A stretch of DNA of 55,740 nucleotides from Candidatus Micrarchaeota archaeon (GCA_023270055.1 JAGDYB010000012.1:1-55740), one strand, 5' to 3'; positions 1 through 9,476 are shown, numbered from the stretch's first letter. The notes: generated by a model from the letters alone, not told the origin. Made by a program: numbers and translations.

Positions 1-81
1 GTTGCCGTCGAGAGGCCACCAGCCTATCAGACCCGCATTTGGTATCGGCAGCGCAGCTATGCCGCTCTGGTACAGCTGCTG
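1..81. repeat. Dispersed repeat (copy D, in a different gene, truncated by the window edge)
   Basis: 79/81 identical to 5685-5765. Confidence 0.95.
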
Positions 82-1686
82 CACCTGTTGTGGCAATAGG
101 GATTCGTTGTATATTTGCACATTAGCTATACTGCCATAATATGTGTAACCGTCGCTTCCGAGAATTATTGAGCTCACTGGCTGTATTACCGAGCTTACTG
201 ATCCGGACGAAATTTTGGTGCCGTTATAATATATGGTATAGTTGGTTGCGGTGTTCGAATTGTAGGCTGTGACAACTATGTTGCTCCACTTGTCAAAACT
301 TATTGCCACTGGCACAGACACGTCGTTGTGCGAGCCTGCATCTACGAATATATCATTTGCTGAATTGAAGCCAATGCGCCACGTTGCTTCTGGACTGCTA
401 TCGATTGGAAATTGATAGTTGTTATCGAACTTAGTTGGATAAAACCATACCGAAATAGTTAGTGCACTTGGCGCGGGATAGTTATGTGATATGGTTACAT
501 TGCTTCCTGTACCACTTATGTTCAGTGCTTTCCTATTGTAGTTTGAGAAAGTAAATATACCATCAGGCGAACTGCTCGTGAATATGGATTCTGAACGCGA
601 GAAGTAGCTTGGAGCAAATGGCGAAGCAAAATAATAGCCATTTGCTATGACATTTCTCAAGTCTTCGATGTTGATGGTTGCATATGCAGGACCATAAAGC
701 AATACCTTTTCGTAGCTTTTAAGGTAATTAATCACACCAGAACTGCTAGGATATACTAGATAGGGCACTGTTGGCGGCGCTGCCGTATTGTTTATCTGGT
801 AGGTAATAAGGCCGCCGTAGTTGTTGGCAGCTTTGCACGTGCCGTTTGTTATTGCAATTGCATTTGCAGTTACAAGTATAAGCAGCGAGTTGAACGGAGC
901 AGTATTAATTTGTGTAGGAATCTCGCTTGCAATGTTGCCACATGTTGTTCCTGCAGGCAGATCGTATACAATGCCGTACACAAAACTTGATGGGTTGCCC
1001 AGTTTGGCATAGCTGTTGCCTATCACGTTTGTCATGTTGCTCATGTTGCCGAATTTTATGTCCCTGATTATGCCCTGCTGTGCGTAGAATAGATCGGGCG
1101 TGCCGTTTAATGTAACGTTCACGTTGATAGGTATGGAATAATTATATATGCCAGAGGTTGAATTTATTTGCACATTTTCTATATATGACAGCGAGACTGA
1201 ATATGGATTTGCTTGATAGACGTCAGGCGTAGTCTCGCTTATATGAATCTCTGATGGTAAGGTAGGTATAAGGTTTTTTGCTTCTTGGTTGTATTTTGAA
1301 AGGGTAAAATTGCCCATGCTCGCCAGCAGCACGTTTGCCACGTTGGAATTTGACACATATGGAAGTGTGCCGTTTTCTATAAGGTATGACATATACTCGC
1401 TAAAATTTGCTATAAAATTACCTTGGCGCAATGAAGCATTGTATTCGTAATTTGTAAGGGTTGCTAATGCTTGGGCCAGGCTTGCCTTGGCAAAGGTGCT
1501 TGCTCCTGATTGAAGCAATCTGCCGTAGTTAATGCTTGAGGAAGAGGATACAAGCAGCTGTGAAAGGGAATTGTATGTAGTGTTTAGCACCACAAAGGAA
1601 AGCAGCTCGGCGAGCATAAGCATGAACATGACCAAAGTAAGTATAGTCATGAATAATCCTTTCTTGGACTTATTTCTCAGCGCCAT
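1..1686 (-). CDS. Pilin-like (class III signal peptide) LamG-domain surface protein, 3'-truncated by the window edge (at least 562 aa; absent from the ORF track)
   Basis: I translated both ends by hand. ATG at 1686 gives MALRNKSKKG|LFMTILTLVMFMLMLAELL..., and the same frame at base 1 reads ...GSIANVQIYNESLLPQQVQQLYQSGIAALPIPNAGLIGWWPLDGN, a LamG-type C-terminal motif. The start overlaps the stop of the upstream gene (1677-1679). Confidence 0.85.
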   Translation of the reverse strand, partial: MALRNKSKKGLFMTILTLVMFMLMLAELLSFVVLNTTYNSLSQLLVSSSSSINYGRLLQSGASTFAKASLAQALATLTNYEYNASLRQGNFIANFSEYMSYLIENGTLPYVSNSNVANVLLASMGNFTLSKYNQEAKNLIPTLPSEIHISETTPDVYQANPYSVSLSYIENVQINSTSGIYNYSIPINVNVTLNGTPDLFYAQQGIIRDIKFGNMSNMTNVIGNSYAKLGNPSSFVYGIVYDLPAGTTCGNIASEIPTQINTAPFNSLLILVTANAIAITNGTCKAANNYGGLITYQINNTAAPPTVPYLVYPSSSGVINYLKSYEKVLLYGPAYATINIEDLRNVIANGYYFASPFAPSYFSRSESIFTSSSPDGIFTFSNYNRKALNISGTGSNVTISHNYPAPSALTISVWFYPTKFDNNYQFPIDSSPEATWRIGFNSANDIFVDAGSHNDVSVPVAISFDKWSNIVVTAYNSNTATNYTIYYNGTKISSGSVSSVIQPVSSIILGSDGYTYYGSIANVQIYNESLLPQQVQQLYQSGIAALPIPNAGLIGWWPLDGN

Positions 1687-3812
1687 GATATAACACCTAT
1701 ATTATAGCTGCTTATTTTGCCGGTGGTAAGATTCAATACCGGCATATTAACAGAGGACCTGCTTACTATAAATGCGTTCGAGAGGCTAGTCGGATTATAA
1801 TTTATTGATGCAAACTTCACGTTTGTTGCATATGCTGGAATGAAGGGGTATATGTAGTTGTTAAAATCGCCAGATAATGGATACCATGCTGAAATATTCG
1901 CTAGAGGCGAGCCGCCGGCGCCGCTCAGGAACACCTCGAATGCCTGCTGTGCTGTCAGTGTGATGTTGTATACCTGCACGTTGCTTAAGTATCCTGAATA
2001 ATAATTGCTAGAAGACGGCACTGAGCCCACATATACTGGTTGTATGTATCTGGCTAGCACATTCTTCGGCTTAGCAACACTTGACACTAAATGGCCATTT
2101 ATATATATCGAAACTCTGCCATTGATGTAGCTGTATGTTGCTATTACGTTGGTCCATTTGTTTATCGACAGCGGCGCGTAAACAGTATAACCAGGGGCCG
2201 TTCCATTTACGGTAAACATTACGCGATATGGAGCGGTTGCATTTAATTTTTCCATTATATATGGGCAGCCCGGAGCAGTACATGGCTCACCCATTATTAT
2301 TGTATTATTGACCCATGCGTTTGGATATAACCATATTGACCAAGAATAGCCATCTGATTCAACCGAACTGCTATTGCTAAGGTTCAAATAGACATTGGTT
2401 CCGCTGAAACTGGCAAATTTTGTGTCTGGAGCCAGCGTATTGTTTATAAGAATAGAATAGTTATGCATCGGGTAAAATGTGTATGCGATTGCATCAGCAC
2501 AACTATTTTTTCCGTTAACGTACAGGTATGCAATGTTTTCAAGCGGAGAGGCACTGCTTGTTATTGGGCATGAACCATATGCAAGCAACTGGTTTCCTAC
2601 AACAACAAACAACTTGCCGTATGCAATTGAGAGGTGTGGTGATGGCGTGCCCGGCAGGTGCACAAACCACATTACTTTCCCGTTTGAAGCATTTTGCGCA
2701 AGCAAATAGTTGTTAGACCAGAGAGTGTATACCATGCCGCTTGATATTGCCGGTGTTGTATTTGTTATTGCAGTGCCTAGAAAAGATGGTGCTGAAAATG
2801 ACCACATCTCGTAGCCTGATGGTGATACTGCCAACACGTATGAAGAGCCTTGATAGACAAGCATGCTTCCATACTTTGAAACTCCCTCTATTGAGGAGCT
2901 TGTTGAAATAGAAAATGCGGAGGAGCCGTCAACATATGTGGCATTCGCATAAGACCCCTCGCCATAGGCAAACACATCCCCAAAGCTCACCAAATTAGAA
3001 ATTGGAGATGTTGAAGGTATTGATTTGGACCAAAGCTGTTTTCCCGTAACGCCTGTCCCTGTAATCACATCTATATTGTTTGAGGATGTTTTCAATACTA
3101 TCGAGCCAGCAAGTCCAGACAACGAAACTGGATTTGTGCCAGTGTTGTTTGACCATGCCATAGTGCCATTATCGGAGTAGTATGCAAACAGCCTCGTGTC
3201 TGCGCCGAAATATATTTTTCCGCCATATCCAAGCAACTGCGAAGTTATTGGAACTAGCGTTGTTATAGAATTCGTGGACCATACAACAGAGCCGAAAACT
3301 GGGTTTACTGCAGTGAGATTGGTAAGATTTGCAAATATCAGCAACCCAGAATATAGTATTGGGGAAGATTCAATATTCGTCTTTACATTTTTAGACCATG
3401 AAAGCGTGCCAGTAGTCGAGTTAAGAGCATATAAGGTGTTACCAGCAGCAAAGTATATTCTGCCGTATCCGGCAACTGCAGGGGAAGTTATTGCGGCCAC
3501 TGCAGTGTAATTAAAAGATATTATAGGGTAGAGAGGCCCGTGCTGGTTACCACCATTGTTATACGAATCTGACATAAACTGGCCCCAAGTTTCATTGGAC
3601 CCGGCAAGCTGATATTCCATGCTTTGGATAAGCGGATAATCAATAGTACCCATTTTTGACGAGGAAAGCGTACTGAGTATGTTGTATGCCTTGAAGCTTG
3701 TCGTAGAATATGCGGTAGGGGATATATAGTGGAAATATAGCAACAGCGATATGCTTATCGATGCTATTACCAGCGCGAATATTGCATCCAGAGTAAATAC
3801 TATCGCTTTCAT
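1677..3812 (-). CDS. Pilin-like surface protein with PQQ-type beta-propeller repeats and a C-terminal LamG domain
   Basis: N-terminus MKA|IVFTLD followed by a hydrophobic helix; repeated 'LYALNSTTGTLSWS / LFAYYSDNGTMAWS / LAQNASNGKVMW' propeller motifs; LamG motifs 'WSIWLYP', 'IYING', 'YSGYLSNVQVYN', 'AWYPL'. Confidence 0.85.
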   Translation of the reverse strand: MKAIVFTLDAIFALVIASISISLLLYFHYISPTAYSTTSFKAYNILSTLSSSKMGTIDYPLIQSMEYQLAGSNETWGQFMSDSYNNGGNQHGPLYPIISFNYTAVAAITSPAVAGYGRIYFAAGNTLYALNSTTGTLSWSKNVKTNIESSPILYSGLLIFANLTNLTAVNPVFGSVVWSTNSITTLVPITSQLLGYGGKIYFGADTRLFAYYSDNGTMAWSNNTGTNPVSLSGLAGSIVLKTSSNNIDVITGTGVTGKQLWSKSIPSTSPISNLVSFGDVFAYGEGSYANATYVDGSSAFSISTSSSIEGVSKYGSMLVYQGSSYVLAVSPSGYEMWSFSAPSFLGTAITNTTPAISSGMVYTLWSNNYLLAQNASNGKVMWFVHLPGTPSPHLSIAYGKLFVVVGNQLLAYGSCPITSSASPLENIAYLYVNGKNSCADAIAYTFYPMHNYSILINNTLAPDTKFASFSGTNVYLNLSNSSSVESDGYSWSIWLYPNAWVNNTIIMGEPCTAPGCPYIMEKLNATAPYRVMFTVNGTAPGYTVYAPLSINKWTNVIATYSYINGRVSIYINGHLVSSVAKPKNVLARYIQPVYVGSVPSSSNYYSGYLSNVQVYNITLTAQQAFEVFLSGAGGSPLANISAWYPLSGDFNNYIYPFIPAYATNVKFASINYNPTSLSNAFIVSRSSVNMPVLNLTTGKISSYNIGVISWR

Positions 3813-3816
3813 ACTA

Positions 3817-4359
3817 TTAACCTATCCCAAACGAAGTGTTGGTCCATACATATACTTGCATCACCGCACTCTCGTTGCCGATTATTACAGGCTCGTTTAA
3901 AATATTTATGTCTGTTGCGTTATTTGTATTTGGCTTAAACCCTATTGGAATGTTAAACCCGTTGCCTTTTATTGAGACATAATAATCATAGCTTATGCCT
4001 AAAAGCTGCTTTGTGCTTTGATATGATATGTAGTTTGCAGTCATTGCAGATAGTGCCATGACTTTTTCTTGCGACAACACATCAGTATTGTTTCCCACAC
4101 CTATGCCTATCGAAACTATATTATTCCATGTTGCTGGATTTGAAATGTTTATTTGTGTTTCCCAGTTTGATGGATTGCCGGGGGATAAAAGTTGCTGACC
4201 AAGCCTATTTGCCTGCACTTGAATTATCTCTGTTCCAGAACTTGAAGTCAAAGAAAGCTGGTTGTTTACACTGAACCATACATACGCGAGTATTATTATT
4301 GCAAATGAGAAGATAATCATGGCAAATATTACGTCAAAAGACCAAAATTGCGCTTTCAT
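3817..4359 (-). CDS. Type IV pilin-like protein (class III signal peptide)
   Basis: MKA|QFWSFD plus a hydrophobic stretch; 'SPGNPSNW' motif seen in archaeal minor pilin-like proteins; the ATG at 4359 forms an ATGA overlap with the upstream stop. Confidence 0.8.
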   Translation of the reverse strand: MKAQFWSFDVIFAMIIFSFAIIILAYVWFSVNNQLSLTSSSGTEIIQVQANRLGQQLLSPGNPSNWETQINISNPATWNNIVSIGIGVGNNTDVLSQEKVMALSAMTANYISYQSTKQLLGISYDYYVSIKGNGFNIPIGFKPNTNNATDINILNEPVIIGNESAVMQVYVWTNTSFGIG

Positions 4360-7300
4360 GACAACCAACTCAGCGGTATTGTTATGCTTGATGCCTTAGG
4401 CATGCCGCTATCGAACAATTGCGTAACCTGCGTCTGATTCAATGGTGCGTTGTATATCTGCACATTCGAAATAGAGCCATTGAATATGAATCCGTTTGTA
4501 TCGGATTGCGAACTCCCTATTCTTAAATCCTGCGTATATGAATAGGTATTTGTAAATGGATAAGGCCCGTACTTGGTCCCGTCAACATAAAGAGTCGCAT
4601 TTGACCCTATTTTATTTACCGCTACTACATTTATCCACTGCTTTTCTGGAATTATTGGACCTGTGCCGATGTTTGCAACTGTAGATTCGGCCCATTCTAA
4701 ATTGCACGGACCACTTACTGGCGCAACGTAAAAAGTGTAGCTGTCAGATCCGTGGCCCACTATTGCTGCGCCGCTCGCCCCGTTTGCAAAGCATTGATTG
4801 ACATTTATCCATGCTGATATTGTAATGGTATTGCTGCTGCTAAATTGAAGATCAGAAGGATTGCTAAGATCTATATAGCTGTTCTGACCATTGAACATTA
4901 CCCCCGACTCGTTTAGCGATTGCAGCAAGTATGGCTTGACGCCCATAATATTGTTGAATACCACATTTGCAACTGTAGCATTATTCCCGTTGCCGCTGTA
5001 ATCGTTCGCGTTGCCGTCGAGAGGCCACCATGCACTGAGATTTGAGTTTGGTAATGGAAGACCAGATATACCGCTGGTATATATGCTCTCTACCTGGCCT
5101 GGCGTAAGCTTTCTATTGTAGAGCTGTATGTTGACTATAGAGCCATTGAAAGGGCTTATGCTTGCGGCAGACTCGCCTATTGAGAGCGCATTCAGGGAAT
5201 ATGGACCATTCACTATGCTGACGTTGTATGGAACACCAGAATTTGCATAAAAACTAGCAGTTCCGTTAGCAAGAGTAACAGCCACAAAATTCCATTCCGA
5301 GCCATTTATCCCATAGCCATGATAGCTGTTTGAACCTACCCCTATTTCTTCGTCACCGCTGCCTGGCGATGCACCTAGGCTCCCACCATTGTTAAGCCAA
5401 AATTCGAAGTTTTTTGAACCAGAAGAATTGAAAATAGTATAGCCATTGCCACTTACCATTTTCAATGTGTTTGCGCCGTTGACCCAGAAAGTCATGGTAA
5501 AGTTATTTGTTGTTATGTTTCTGTACGTCTTGAATGCGCTTGACACTCCGTTAAATTTGGCGGAAAACATGCTCGACATGCTGCCATTCAATGCAAGCGA
5601 TTTGCTTATCACCTTACTTGTTGGGGCAAACGCAAGATTGCCTACTATTGTACCATTGTCGCCCGCACCGCTGTAATCGTTCGCGTTGCCGTCGAGAGGC
5701 CACCAGCCTATCAGACCTGCATTTGGTATCGGCAGCGCAGCTATGCCGCCCTGGTACAGCTGCTGTATTTGAGATGGCGAAAGAACGGTATTGTATATTT
5801 GCATATTTGCAATATCTCCCTTGAAGTAACCTCCAGTAGTTTGCGCTGGATTCGAACCGCTTATGATTATTGGTGATCCACCTCCTGGTATAATGCTTGA
5901 TGTTGCAGTTGCTACCTCGCTTCCACCGTTTATGTAAAGCTTTATAATACCTGTCGATGGAGAGTAAGTGCCTGTGAGCATGTACCACTGCCCTAGTTCT
6001 GGGAAAGCATTTGTAATTGTTGGGGTTGCATATGATCCTGAAACTGTGTTGCCAACATAAAAATTGAGCTGATTGTTATCTCTGAATTCAAACCACCACA
6101 TTCCAGTATAGCCGTGGCCTGCAATTACGCTCGAATAGCCGTTTGTGTCAGGCGTTGACACATGGTCTCCAGCATTGCCATATAAAAGCGGCCTAACCCA
6201 TAGGTTGACCGTGAATGTTGTTGAATTTAGTGCAGCCGTTGGCTGTATCTGAATTTGACTGTTGTTGCCGTTGAATCTGGAGACATACTTGGGAAAATTC
6301 CAGTAAGGTTGGCCGTTCATTGCGCCGTTGTTGCCGTTGCCGCTAATGTCGTAAACTGCGTTGCCTGTGCCAAAATCAAGCGGATACCAAGCCACAACGT
6401 TGCTTTCTATCGGAGATACGAAGTTAAATGCGGCCGCTTTCACATCCGCATAGCCGCTTGCGTTTTGTTGTGTAAGCAGCACAGAAGCTATACCATTTGA
6501 ATCAGTGTAAGCAGCGGCACTTTGGCCGCTTCCCAAGCCATTTGAAAATGTGCCAAGGTCAGTCGCAAATCCAACCAGGGCATTCTTAAGTGGCGTGCCG
6601 TACTGATTCAGCACTTGCGCGGTAATTTGAGCCACGGTAGGAAATATTATTGGCCCACTTATTGCACCATTGTCGCCCGCACCGCTGTAATCGTTCGCGT
6701 TGCCGTCGAGAGGCCACCAGCCAACAAGGTTTCGAGGAACTATTGGAGTTCCATTAATACCCTCTTGATAGAGAGCTTGTATTTGATTTGCTGAAAGCGC
6801 AGTGTTGTATATTTGAACGTCCGCTAAATCCCCTGATATCGGATTGCATCCTGGACCGCTAGATGCTATATTTGAACCACTTATTCTGATTGTTGGAGGT
6901 GTAGTAAAAGCAGTTGCGCCACTTATTGCCACTGGCGTGCCTATTTGCTTACCATTATAATAAACATTGATATATGTTGAATTTGCCACCCCTACAAACA
7001 TTTGCCATTTGTATGGCACTAAAGGTTGCCCTGGAAAATCTCTCACATTATCAGCGGTCCAAGACTCAGTTGGAGGATTGCCCCCGGATTCTATGAAAAA
7101 GTTGTATCCTGTGCCACTTCCACCACCTGTGCATGCAGTTGAAGGATATACACTTACAGCATTCTCCCAGTAGTTTCCGCTTGCGCCCCAATATGGTGAT
7201 GGAATAGGGTATATCCAAAATGCTACAGTGACTTGCGGCCCGTTGAAGCTATAAGCGCTGGAAGCTGGCGCTTCTATGTAAGTATTTTCACCGTTGAACT

Positions 7301-7808
7301 GAGCCGCGTGTGTCACCTTCGACGAAAGCGCTATGCTGCCTACGAGATTTGTGGTGTTAGGGCAATTGTAATCCACGCAAATGTTGCCCTGCGAATTCTG
7401 CAGAGATATCGTTCCATTGGAGATTGGTAGTATGTAGGTGCTTGGCGCCGAAGACAGGCTGAAAGACGGATTTGAAACTATGTTCGTGTTGCTGTATGCA
7501 AGCGCTTGTATTATCTGCTTGCCTACTGTTGCCGACACTATCACCTCGCCGCTCTTTGTTATTGTCACATTGTACTGAGCATTGCCTATAGAGCTTACCA
7601 TTGGGATCGTAGACCTGAAGCCATTTCCTGCCCGGTACGCACTACTTATCTGCGAGGCTATGTTCTGCGCGATGAGCTGAAGCTGCGAGAACATCTGGCT
7701 GTTTATGCTTACTGCACGCTCGCTAGATATCAAAGCGAACATGAAAACGAACACTAAAAGTACGAATGCGAGGACTATCATGAATTCCAGTGACAACTGC
7801 AGCTTCAT
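4356..7808 (-). CDS. Large pilin-like adhesin with four LamG domains and one Ig-like (invasin/Big-1-like) domain
   Basis: MKL|QLSLEF plus a hydrophobic helix; four 'FNG..S / W(I/V).P / G.I.NVQIYN..L...Q...L(Y/F)' LamG units, three ending in WWPLDGNANDYSG; Ig-like segment 'ITAQVLNQYGTPLKNALVGF...YTDSNGIASVLL'. Confidence 0.88.
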   Translation of the reverse strand: MKLQLSLEFMIVLAFVLLVFVFMFALISSERAVSINSQMFSQLQLIAQNIASQISSAYRAGNGFRSTIPMVSSIGNAQYNVTITKSGEVIVSATVGKQIIQALAYSNTNIVSNPSFSLSSAPSTYILPISNGTISLQNSQGNICVDYNCPNTTNLVGSIALSSKVTHAAQFNGENTYIEAPASSAYSFNGPQVTVAFWIYPIPSPYWGASGNYWENAVSVYPSTACTGGGSGTGYNFFIESGGNPPTESWTADNVRDFPGQPLVPYKWQMFVGVANSTYINVYYNGKQIGTPVAISGATAFTTPPTIRISGSNIASSGPGCNPISGDLADVQIYNTALSANQIQALYQEGINGTPIVPRNLVGWWPLDGNANDYSGAGDNGAISGPIIFPTVAQITAQVLNQYGTPLKNALVGFATDLGTFSNGLGSGQSAAAYTDSNGIASVLLTQQNASGYADVKAAAFNFVSPIESNVVAWYPLDFGTGNAVYDISGNGNNGAMNGQPYWNFPKYVSRFNGNNSQIQIQPTAALNSTTFTVNLWVRPLLYGNAGDHVSTPDTNGYSSVIAGHGYTGMWWFEFRDNNQLNFYVGNTVSGSYATPTITNAFPELGQWYMLTGTYSPSTGIIKLYINGGSEVATATSSIIPGGGSPIIISGSNPAQTTGGYFKGDIANMQIYNTVLSPSQIQQLYQGGIAALPIPNAGLIGWWPLDGNANDYSGAGDNGTIVGNLAFAPTSKVISKSLALNGSMSSMFSAKFNGVSSAFKTYRNITTNNFTMTFWVNGANTLKMVSGNGYTIFNSSGSKNFEFWLNNGGSLGASPGSGDEEIGVGSNSYHGYGINGSEWNFVAVTLANGTASFYANSGVPYNVSIVNGPYSLNALSIGESAASISPFNGSIVNIQLYNRKLTPGQVESIYTSGISGLPLPNSNLSAWWPLDGNANDYSGNGNNATVANVVFNNIMGVKPYLLQSLNESGVMFNGQNSYIDLSNPSDLQFSSSNTITISAWINVNQCFANGASGAAIVGHGSDSYTFYVAPVSGPCNLEWAESTVANIGTGPIIPEKQWINVVAVNKIGSNATLYVDGTKYGPYPFTNTYSYTQDLRIGSSQSDTNGFIFNGSISNVQIYNAPLNQTQVTQLFDSGMPKASSITIPLSWLS
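4993..5030. repeat. 38-bp dispersed repeat (copy A) encoding WWPLDGNANDYSG
   Basis: ccgctgtaatcgttcgcgttgccgtcgagaggccacca is identical at 4993-5030, 5668-5705 and 6682-6719; its last 21 bp also occur at 1-21. Confidence 0.97.
5652..5765. repeat. Dispersed repeat (copy B, extended)
   Basis: 5652-5708 is identical to 6666-6722 (57 bp). 5685-5765 matches 1-81 with 2 mismatches in 81 bp. Confidence 0.97.
6666..6722. repeat. Dispersed repeat (copy C)
   Basis: 57-bp exact match to 5652-5708. Confidence 0.97.
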
Positions 7809-7815
7809 AAAATCA

Positions 7816-8286
7816 TTATACAGCAGGGGTTATGTATACGCACGGCACCGGTTTCTGGTGCGGGCAAGCTGAATATGCTGTTTCGTTCACCAGATATGTA
7901 CCTGGAGCTATTATGCCCCCCAACACCCCGCTAACATTAACAGGTGAATAAGCAGTGACATAGCTTAGACCCGTCGGAGAACGCACTTCGAAGATTATTT
8001 GATGACCTACTCCGTTTGAAGCGTTACCGACATATATGTATTGTACGCCAGGAGGCATCTCTATTTGTATTATCTGCTTTGCCATCGGTCCCTCACTGCC
8101 TACTACGGTCGCAACACTCGCAAGCTTCGACGCCGCCTGCTGCGCCTCTATCGAGGAAAGCGTCGAGCTCGCCGTTGCCATTTGTATAAACGCCAACACC
8201 ACTATAGGAAGCAGTATTGCTAGACCGAATGACAGCGTTATCAGCAGCTCGAAGCTCGATTGGAGCTTTGAGTTACGCATTTTCAT
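7816..8286 (-). CDS. Small type IV pilin-like protein (class III signal peptide)
   Basis: MKMRNSKL|QSSFEL plus a hydrophobic helix; 'V..EG' motif resembling archaeal DUF361/UPF0333-like pilins; C-terminal Cys pair. Confidence 0.8.
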   Translation of the reverse strand: MKMRNSKLQSSFELLITLSFGLAILLPIVVLAFIQMATASSTLSSIEAQQAASKLASVATVVGSEGPMAKQIIQIEMPPGVQYIYVGNASNGVGHQIIFEVRSPTGLSYVTAYSPVNVSGVLGGIIAPGTYLVNETAYSACPHQKPVPCVYITPAV

Positions 8287-9406
8287 TCTTCTCCTCCTTC
8301 CTGTATGTTAAAATTATTTCTTTGCTGTTTTTTATGTTATCGTAAAGCTTTTTAATTACGTCGCTTAAAGCCTCGTCAAGTAGATGGGCCGAGGCGGTGG
8401 CAAGTATGTTGTTGCGCTTTTCTATTACAACGCGTGCCCTTATCTCGTAGTTTTTGCCGTGCTTGACATGAACATATATTTTGTCAATTTTCAAATGGTT
8501 GAACCGGCCCACCTTTTCAGAGAATTTTGACAGCTCCGAGCTTATCTCGTCCCTGTACTCAGCGATGTTCTCATCTACACCTGAAACCATTATGTTACCT
8601 TCCTCAGCTGGTACGCTTGCCACAACCATCTCGAAAAGATCGCGCATAGCCAAAACGCCAACAGGCCTATCGCCCTTGGTGACTACAAGGAAATTAGTCT
8701 TGTTTTCAAGTATTTGCCTTATAGCATTCTCTACAGATTCTCCATAATCGATCGTAGGTATGTCTTTATCGCAGGCGTCGCCAACCGTAACTGTGTTAAG
8801 CTTGTTCTCGTTCCGGTTGATTTTTGGTGCTGTGCGCAAGTTGGTCTTGGCAAAGTTCTGTATTATGCTGTCGTAAGATATTACACCATAGGTCTTGCCG
8901 CCGTTCAGCACGACAAGCCGGTCTATTTTGTATTCGCTCATCACGCTTTTAGCCTGTGCCACCGAAGCGTTCTTGTCGATTGCCACTACCGGCGAGCTCA
9001 TTGCCTCCTGCACTTTTGTACCAGACAGTAGGTGCAAAGAGAGTATAGAGCTCAGCATTGTCTCTCTCTTTATGCCACCCTTTATCTTGTTTTCTTCTAT
9101 AAATGGCAGAACGCGAGCGGAATGCTGATAAAAGTACAACACGGCATTCTCTATTGATACTTGGCTGTTCAAGGACGGCAGTTTCCTAACAAGCTTTTCT
9201 ACCTTTAATGAAGGTGGAAATTTCATCGTGCCCTTCTGCGACAGCGCTACATCGTCAACCATGCCGAAATATTCTCTGTTTTTTGTAACTATTACAGCAC
9301 CTTTGTCCTTTATCTTTGCAAGTACTTCTACTGCAGGGGTTTTTGCTTCTACAATTGGTATGTATGTGACAAAGTCCGCGGGCACAGGTCCAAGCGCTCT
9401 CTCCAT
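8273..9406 (-). CDS. CBS-domain protein (4 CBS) with a C-terminal HPF/RaiA-like domain; probable ribosome hibernation factor
   Basis: CBS motifs (KVQEAMSSPVVAID...GVIS; TVGDAC...GVLAMRDL); the C-terminal ~95 aa have an HPF-like beta-alpha-beta-beta-beta-alpha pattern (KIYVHVK..YEIRARV..ATASAHLLDEALSDVIKKLYDNI). Start moved to the ATG at 9406 because the longer ORF runs into tRNA-Cys. Confidence 0.75.
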   Translation of the reverse strand: MERALGPVPADFVTYIPIVEAKTPAVEVLAKIKDKGAVIVTKNREYFGMVDDVALSQKGTMKFPPSLKVEKLVRKLPSLNSQVSIENAVLYFYQHSARVLPFIEENKIKGGIKRETMLSSILSLHLLSGTKVQEAMSSPVVAIDKNASVAQAKSVMSEYKIDRLVVLNGGKTYGVISYDSIIQNFAKTNLRTAPKINRNENKLNTVTVGDACDKDIPTIDYGESVENAIRQILENKTNFLVVTKGDRPVGVLAMRDLFEMVVASVPAEEGNIMVSGVDENIAEYRDEISSELSKFSEKVGRFNHLKIDKIYVHVKHGKNYEIRARVVIEKRNNILATASAHLLDEALSDVIKKLYDNIKNSKEIILTYRKEEKNENA

Positions 9407-9443
9407 ATAATCACTGGTTATATTTACATTATCAGCATAAATA

Positions 9444-9451
9444 TTTATATA
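9444..9451 (+). promoter_or_regulatory. TATA box of tRNA-Cys (divergent promoter region)
   Basis: TTTATATA about 26 nt upstream of the tRNA 5' end. Confidence 0.55.
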
Positions 9452-9476
9452 AGATATTAAAACAAACATAAGTGAA

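Noticed and set aside
4993-6719. 38-bp repeats as a CRISPR array
   Set aside because: Spacing is about 0.7-1 kb, the copies are in frame inside a CDS, and no cas genes are present.
1-6722. LamG repeats as a diversity-generating retroelement TR/VR pair
   Set aside because: No reverse transcriptase in the window, all copies are coding, and two mismatches in 81 bp are too few to show adenine-specific mutagenesis.
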